Notes under the pieces: generated by a model
What the model was told of the DNA's origin: nothing
Databases searched by the model: none
The model's input: only the letters and a program-made list of their open reading frames with translations
Position numbers and translations under genes: made by a program
DNA from: Bacteroidota bacterium
GTDB lineage: Bacteria > Bacteroidota > Bacteroidia > Chitinophagales > Chitinophagaceae
Assembly (NCBI GenBank): GCA_947476145.1
Contig: CANJPH010000011.1
Coordinates: 2,663 to 66,662 of the forward strand
DNA length: 64,000 bases
Direction: 5' to 3'
Part shown: positions 58,230 through 64,000 of the stretch, one piece after another
Numbering within the stretch: the stretch's first letter is position 1
Layout: the number at the start of each line of letters is the position of its first letter

Positions 58230-59932
58230 TGGAAAAAAGATGGAACCTCATATCAGCAGATCCTGCAAAAGTGCAAGTCTTACAAGATGCACTTAAGATT
58301 CATCCCATACTATGCGAACTTTTAGTACAAAGAGGTATCAGTGATTTTGAAGCAGCCAAACAATTTTTCAGACCAAGCCTCGATCACTTGCACGATCCAT
58401 GGCTTATGAAAGACATGCGCAAAGCGGCAGACCGCATTCGAGAAGCCATCACCGCAAACCAAAAAATATTAGTCTTTGGGGATTACGATGTAGACGGAAC
58501 TACTTCGGTAGCGACCTTATTTCAGTTTTTAAAACAGCTATCACCACATATTGATTATTATATTCCACATAGATATAAAGAAGGGTACGGTATTTCAAAA
58601 ATTGGAATTGATTTTGCAAAGGAAAATAATTTTGACTTAATTATTTCAGTGGACTGTGGCATTAAATCCACCGAGCTTATTACATATGCAAAAGAGCTAG
58701 GCATGAATTTTATTATTTGCGACCACCATTTGCCTGATGAAATTTTACCGCCAGCAGTGGCAATATTAAACGCAAAGCAAGTGGACTGTAATTACCCATA
58801 TAAGGAATTATGCGGCTGTGGCGTTGTGTTTAAATTAATTACCGCTTTGGCACAGGAATACAATTTGCCTGCCGAATCTTATTTACAATATTTAGATCTA
58901 GTAGCAACGGCTATTGCTGCTGACATTGTTCCCATCACGGATGAAAATAGAACACTGGCTTTTTTTGGTGTTCAAAAAGTAAATGATAACCCTTCACAAG
59001 GATTAAAAGCATTAATGGAGTTAGCAAAACAGTCGGGGCCTATGCGCATTACTAATTTAGTATTTGCAGTAGCCCCGCGTATTAATGCTGCCGGACGAAT
59101 GGACGATGCAAAAAAAGCAGTTCACTTATTTATTGAACCCGATTACGAAAAAGCATTGGCATTTGGATCGGTATTACAACAAGATAACTTAGATCGTCGT
59201 GAAGCAGATACCACCATTACCGAAGAAGCTTTAGCGCAAATAGAAGACGACCCTTTACATGCTACTAAAAAATCTACCGTTGTTTTTCAACCCCATTGGC
59301 ACAAAGGCGTAGTGGGCATTGTAGCAAGTAGATTAATTGAAAAGTATTATAAACCCACCATTGTACTTACTCAAAGTGGTGATGTAATTGCAGGAAGCGC
59401 AAGAAGTGTAAATGGATTTAATTTATATGAAGCATTGCATGCATGCCGTGCGCATTTAATTGGTTATGGCGGTCACTTTGCCGCTGCAGGAATGACCATG
59501 TCTGTAGATGCACTCGAAGGATTTAAAATTGCATTTGAGCAAGCAGTAGCCTCCCGCATTACCGAGGAACAATTAACTCCAGAAATTACGATTAATGCTG
59601 CACTTTCTTTAGATGATATCGGGTTAACCTTTTATAATATTATTGCACAAATGGAACCCTTTGGGCCAGACAACATGCGCCCACTTTTTATTGCAAAAGG
59701 AGTATATGATACAGGTTATACAAAATTGGTAAAAGAACAACACATCAGCTTTAGTGTTACCCAGGGGAAATCCAATGTGCGCGGCATTGGTTATAATATG
59801 CCGGAACATTTAAAAGTAATAAAATCGGGCAAGCCATTTGATTTGGTATTTCAACTTCAATTAAATGAGTGGCAGGGAAACCAGTCCGTTCAAATGCAAG
59901 TGATAGACCTTAAACCAAGTGACACTATATAA
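58229..59932 (+). CDS. recJ: Single-stranded DNA-specific exonuclease RecJ
   Basis: GDYDVDG, DCG, DHH, PRINAAGR, GSARS, GGHFAAAG, EPFGPDN. Confidence 0.96.
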   Translation: MEKRWNLISADPAKVQVLQDALKIHPILCELLVQRGISDFEAAKQFFRPSLDHLHDPWLMKDMRKAADRIREAITANQKILVFGDYDVDGTTSVATLFQFLKQLSPHIDYYIPHRYKEGYGISKIGIDFAKENNFDLIISVDCGIKSTELITYAKELGMNFIICDHHLPDEILPPAVAILNAKQVDCNYPYKELCGCGVVFKLITALAQEYNLPAESYLQYLDLVATAIAADIVPITDENRTLAFFGVQKVNDNPSQGLKALMELAKQSGPMRITNLVFAVAPRINAAGRMDDAKKAVHLFIEPDYEKALAFGSVLQQDNLDRREADTTITEEALAQIEDDPLHATKKSTVVFQPHWHKGVVGIVASRLIEKYYKPTIVLTQSGDVIAGSARSVNGFNLYEALHACRAHLIGYGGHFAAAGMTMSVDALEGFKIAFEQAVASRITEEQLTPEITINAALSLDDIGLTFYNIIAQMEPFGPDNMRPLFIAKGVYDTGYTKLVKEQHISFSVTQGKSNVRGIGYNMPEHLKVIKSGKPFDLVFQLQLNEWQGNQSVQMQVIDLKPSDTI

Positions 59933-59958
59933 GATTGAAAAATTGGTGACACAATTTA

Positions 59959-60001
59959 GCATAAAAAAAGTGACCTCCATTCGAGTTCACTTTTTTTATG
60001 C
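59959..60001. terminator. Bidirectional intrinsic terminator between convergent recJ and htpG
   Basis: 15-bp inverted repeat GCATAAAAAAAGTGA/TCACTTTTTTTATGC with 7-T tracts on both strands. Confidence 0.85.
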
Positions 60002-60037
60002 GATACTAGCAAACTTTACATTGCTTACTTTCCTTTC

Positions 60038-61912
60038 TTATTTTAATAAGTCAACACTTCGATTAATAAAATTAGTTAGCTCAGCGCCGGTTAATAAGCC
60101 CTGTGACAATAAAGCTAAGTCGGCTAAATTACGCGCCTGCTTTTGTTGCTTATCCGTATCCGTCTCTTTTAATAGTGCTTGATAAATAGGATGGTTCCCG
60201 TTAATGGTCAAATATACCTCATCTGGCATTTGCGCATAAAAAGCAGTCATTCCGCCGCCACCCATGCTAGCCATGTCCTTCATACGACGCATAAATTCGG
60301 GGCGCGTTGCAATCACTGGCGCTGCTTCGGCACTTAATCCTTTAACCTCAACGGTTAAAGTAATATCAGGTACTTGGAACTCAAATAAATTTTTTGCTTG
60401 TTCCACTTCCTCTTTACTTAATACAGAATCTACGTTTTCTTGTTTGTCAATTAAATTGTCCACTACATCCGCGTCTACACGCACAAATTGAACACCCTCC
60501 CATTTCATTTCAACATTATTAATGAATGCAGCATCCACCATGGTTTCTAATTTCACTACTTTATACCCCTTACCCACCGCAGCTTGAATGAACGCATCCT
60601 GTTGAACTGGATTCGTAGTATATAATAAAACTTGCTTGCCGTCTTTATTTTTTTGAGTCGCCTCAGTCGTAGTTTTATACTCGTCTAAAGTATAGAACTT
60701 GCCTTTTTCTGCAGCGTCTTCCAAAATCAAAAACTTATTCCCTTTTTCTAAAAATTTATCATCGGTAATCATACCATACTTTACAAACAATCCTAAGCTT
60801 TCCCATTTGTCTTCAAATGACTTACGATCGCTGTTAAATATTTCCTCTAATTTATCTGCTACCTTTTTAGTGATATGTGCATTAATCTTTTTTACATTGG
60901 GGTCGCCTTGCAAATAGCTACGACTCACGTTTAAAGGAATATCTGGACTATCAATAACACCATGCAATAACATTAAAAACTCAGGTACAATATCCTTTAC
61001 TTCATCCGTTACAAATACTTGATTGCAATACAATTGAATCTTGTCTTTTTGTATCTCAAAGCTCTGTTTGATTTTAGGGAAATATAAAATACCTGTTAAA
61101 TTAAATGGATAGTCCACATTTAAATGAATCCAAAACAATGGAGTTTCTCCAAAAGGATATAATTCCTTGTAGAAATTTTCATAATCCTCCTTGGTCAATT
61201 CCGAAGGTTTACGCACCCACAAAGGGTTGGTATTATTAATGGGCTTAGCAACTTCTTCTGCAATTTCTGTATCGCCTTCGGTCTTAGTCTCGGGCTTTAT
61301 TGCATTGGCGTCGGTAAAATAAATGCCAACCGGTAAGAACTTACAAAAACGTTCTAAAATTCCTTTAACACGATGTGCATCTAAAAACTCGGCACTCTCC
61401 TCGTTAATATGCAATACAATTTTTGTACCTCTATTACTATAATCTACTTCGTATAATTCATATTCGGTGCTGCCGTCACAACTCCAAAAAACACCTGGCG
61501 CTCCCGTATGGCTTTTTGAATAAATATCTACTTTACTACTCACCATAAATGAGCTATAAAATCCTAATCCAAAATGTCCAATAATACTTGCGTCCTTGTA
61601 TTTGGTTACAAATTCTTCGGCGCCACTAAAGGCCACTTGATTAATATATTTGTCCACTTCTTCGCCAGACATCCCCACACCGTTATCAATAATAGAGATT
61701 GTTTTTTCTTTGGCATCTAAAACCACTTCTACTTTCAATGCACCTAAATCTCCTTTGGCTTCTCCCTTACCATGTAAGGTTTTAAGTTTCTGAGCAGCAT
61801 CCACCGCATTACTCACTAACTCACGTAAAAAGATTTCGTGATCACTGTAAAGGAACTTCTTAATAATCGGAAAAATATTCTCCGTTTGAACGCGTATTTG
61901 ACCTTTTTGCAT
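60038..61912 (-). CDS. htpG: Molecular chaperone HtpG (Hsp90)
   Basis: EIFLRELVSNA, DNGVGM, IGHFGLGFYS, LNVSRSYLQ. Confidence 0.96.
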   Translation of the reverse strand: MQKGQIRVQTENIFPIIKKFLYSDHEIFLRELVSNAVDAAQKLKTLHGKGEAKGDLGALKVEVVLDAKEKTISIIDNGVGMSGEEVDKYINQVAFSGAEEFVTKYKDASIIGHFGLGFYSSFMVSSKVDIYSKSHTGAPGVFWSCDGSTEYELYEVDYSNRGTKIVLHINEESAEFLDAHRVKGILERFCKFLPVGIYFTDANAIKPETKTEGDTEIAEEVAKPINNTNPLWVRKPSELTKEDYENFYKELYPFGETPLFWIHLNVDYPFNLTGILYFPKIKQSFEIQKDKIQLYCNQVFVTDEVKDIVPEFLMLLHGVIDSPDIPLNVSRSYLQGDPNVKKINAHITKKVADKLEEIFNSDRKSFEDKWESLGLFVKYGMITDDKFLEKGNKFLILEDAAEKGKFYTLDEYKTTTEATQKNKDGKQVLLYTTNPVQQDAFIQAAVGKGYKVVKLETMVDAAFINNVEMKWEGVQFVRVDADVVDNLIDKQENVDSVLSKEEVEQAKNLFEFQVPDITLTVEVKGLSAEAAPVIATRPEFMRRMKDMASMGGGGMTAFYAQMPDEVYLTINGNHPIYQALLKETDTDKQQKQARNLADLALLSQGLLTGAELTNFINRSVDLLK

Positions 61913-61937
61913 AATTATTCTATTTGATACTAATATA

Positions 61938-61953
61938 GCAATAAGGGTACCAA
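61938..61953 (-). promoter_or_regulatory. Sigma54 (RpoN)-type -24/-12 promoter upstream of htpG
   Basis: Sense strand TTGGTAC-CCTTA-TTGC; 25 nt before ATG. Confidence 0.6.
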
Positions 61954-61978
61954 AGCCCCATTACTGACAAGCTGACAA

Positions 61979-62839
61979 CTAAATGGGGGCCTTCGGGGCC
62001 GTTTGAGGTAAATTTTGCAGCCAGGCAGCACCTGTACACCGCTTTGCCGTTAACAAAATGTCATTTGTGTCTCTTAAAATAATTTGCTTTTCGTTGTTAT
62101 ATACCGAGTAAATGCCAATCACAATTCCATTTCCAGCGGGGGTTTTGACACCTGCAAAATCGGCATACCCACTGGTCCTTAAATAAATAGTGCCTCCAGT
62201 ACAAAATTTCAAGCTTCTACTTAAGCCCAATTTGTTTTTCTTATCTGCATAGGTTTGACCTGTATCCGCTGCGCTAAATTCTACTGCATTAAGTTGAATG
62301 AGTCTCCCCTGCAAAGTATCAGACAAGTTTTTAAAACCAACCATCAATGGATAAATGGGCTCGTTGTCTGCTATTACTTGTATATGTTTTAAAAACATGG
62401 GTGCAGGAATACCCGATGTGACTAAAGCGCCACTGCTAGAATCTACCGAGGCAACCAACTGAACCATATGTCTATAATCTGTTAAAAAAAGAGATTGCGT
62501 TTTAATTTTAATTAAAGTTCCAATTGGATAGGTTTGGTATAGAGCCTGGCCGTCCAAAAGCACGACAATGCCTCCTGTTTTATCCTGCACATAAATGCAC
62601 TTATATACATTATCATGCTCATCGTTGGCCACGACGGTTCCTTGAATATATATAGGCTGCCCAATATATTCGGCCATTCCTACTATATGCATTTTTCGAA
62701 GGCTTTTAATGCTGGTAATAGAGTCACTAAAATTATTTTGGGTGGCTGCATTTGCTGATTTTTTGAAACAAGCTGGCGTTAATAATAAATACAAGCACAC
62801 TAAGGACATCACACCAAATAAACATAATTTGTTTTTCAT
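61979..62839 (-). CDS. DUF5689-like OB-fold lipoprotein
   Basis: Lipobox-like TPAC; GTVVAND..NVYKxIYVQDxTGG, GRLIQLNAVEF, LRTSGYADFA. Confidence 0.7.
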   Translation of the reverse strand: MKNKLCLFGVMSLVCLYLLLTPACFKKSANAATQNNFSDSITSIKSLRKMHIVGMAEYIGQPIYIQGTVVANDEHDNVYKCIYVQDKTGGIVVLLDGQALYQTYPIGTLIKIKTQSLFLTDYRHMVQLVASVDSSSGALVTSGIPAPMFLKHIQVIADNEPIYPLMVGFKNLSDTLQGRLIQLNAVEFSAADTGQTYADKKNKLGLSRSLKFCTGGTIYLRTSGYADFAGVKTPAGNGIVIGIYSVYNNEKQIILRDTNDILLTAKRCTGAAWLQNLPQTAPKAPI

Positions 62840-62844
62840 AATTT

Positions 62845-64000
62845 TTATTGAATTTGTAATTGAATACGAACAGAAAAGCTTGCCCCGGCATCCATTAAAT
62901 ATTTTAATGCGAATTTGTCTTTGTTAAACCGGATGTAGTCAAACCTGGTTTGCTCATAGGAGATGATGGGTATAAGTGCATTTAGTATATTTCTTGCGCT
63001 AATGCTGGTGCTCCATCTATATAATTTATTTGCACTTTTAGATTTAAGCTGAAAGAACTTTGAAGCAAATGCATTCACTACAAAATGATCTTCTAATAAT
63101 GTCAATTGCTGGATATGCCCCCAAGTAATGGGGTCCACTTTATTTTTGACCCAATCACTTCTTCTAAATAAATTCATAGACACAGGACGCTCCTGAGCAT
63201 ACACTGTTGTGACCCCAATTGTAACCCCGAATACAGGCTGATAGATCAACGAGACTGCATTCACCAGTTTGGGCGTATTGCTACTGGTCAATTTTTTTAT
63301 TTGCAACAATCCCGACTCTTTGATTTGCAAATTGTTTACATCTAAGTATTGGTAATGAGGATTATTTTGATAAAAACTATTTGAAAAAGTAGTGGCGTAA
63401 TTCAGTTTAATATTCTGAAATAAGGGCGTCTCTAGAACAAATTCAACACCATTATTTATGCTATGGATATTGCCAATAAAGCCATATACAAATAGTGCAT
63501 AGGCATCGTGATAAAACATCTTATTCTCAGACTCATTATCATGATATTTTTGATAGAAGCTTATTGATGTTTTTAAATTAGGAGCTCGGTAAAAAATACT
63601 AAAGTCAAATCCATATTTACTTTCTTGCAATGTATAAGGCGAAGCCGCTGCATTTATATCAGGATCCAAAAAAACATTTTGGTATTTTGGTGCCAACCAC
63701 TGCATTAAAAATATACTTCTAAAATAAATACGGCCATTCAATTTATATAGAAGCTGTGCTTTCATATCCGCCGTCGAAAAATAATTAAACCCACTACTGC
63801 CTTTAGAATTTGTAAATAAACCATTTTGATTATACCCAATCCTTTCTAGCCCTTCAATCCCGTATCCTAACCCAATGGCCGACTCCCAAACAGGGCCCTG
63901 CTTTTGAAACTGAATCCAGGGCTTTGTTTGAAAGGAACGCATGGTATAATCTGCTCCCCATCGCTCCCCCACTTTAATTTTTTGATCCGGATGCTGAATG
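62845..64000 (-). CDS. TonB-dependent receptor-like outer membrane barrel, C-terminal part (5' end outside window)
   Basis: Frame stays open to the window edge (IQHPDQKIKVGERWG...); alternating beta-strand pattern; YEQTRFDY near the C-terminus; adjacent to the DUF5689-like lipoprotein. Confidence 0.65.
   Translation of the reverse strand, partial: IQHPDQKIKVGERWGADYTMRSFQTKPWIQFQKQGPVWESAIGLGYGIEGLERIGYNQNGLFTNSKGSSGFNYFSTADMKAQLLYKLNGRIYFRSIFLMQWLAPKYQNVFLDPDINAAASPYTLQESKYGFDFSIFYRAPNLKTSISFYQKYHDNESENKMFYHDAYALFVYGFIGNIHSINNGVEFVLETPLFQNIKLNYATTFSNSFYQNNPHYQYLDVNNLQIKESGLLQIKKLTSSNTPKLVNAVSLIYQPVFGVTIGVTTVYAQERPVSMNLFRRSDWVKNKVDPITWGHIQQLTLLEDHFVVNAFASKFFQLKSKSANKLYRWSTSISARNILNALIPIISYEQTRFDYIRFNKDKFALKYLMDAGASFSVRIQLQIQ

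Noticed and set aside
533-63972. Many short antisense or alternate-frame ORFs in the track (e.g. 533-778, 3326-3646, 15293-15691, 22499-22852, 46851-47336)
   Set aside because: They lie opposite well-supported genes, have no recognisable motifs, and look like shadow ORFs.

Overview
Gene-dense, AT-rich chromosomal window from a Bacteroidota bacterium. The phylum is inferred from recurrent TAnnTTTG -7 promoter elements, a CzcA-TolC fusion and the long-form IspH; Chitinophagaceae-like is my inference from protein style. It holds about 58 CDS, mostly housekeeping: tRNA and translation (miaA, cca, tsaC, queG, prmC, fmt), folate and nucleotide metabolism (folK, folA, thyA, cmk, dNK, PNP), chaperones (clpB, htpG), and gcvP, ispH, dapD, recJ, pepT, sppA, exbBD. 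I found no rRNA, tRNA, CRISPR array, transposase or integrase. Most notable items: (1) clpB and htpG share a sigma54-type -24/-12 promoter with a TGWCA box exactly 19 nt upstream; (2) a His-rich leader ORF ending in IFQPPRLV sits just before the czcA-type heavy-metal pump, a candidate metal-sensing arrest peptide; (3) a translationally coupled M42 peptidase / glutamine amidotransferase / circularly permuted ATP-grasp operon; (4) an AT-rich membrane-spanning Kelch-like / winged-helix regulator preceded by a structured 25-codon ORF; (5) an orphan phage-repressor-like HTH gene with 14-bp direct repeats upstream. All product calls come from recognising motifs by eye; no searches were run.
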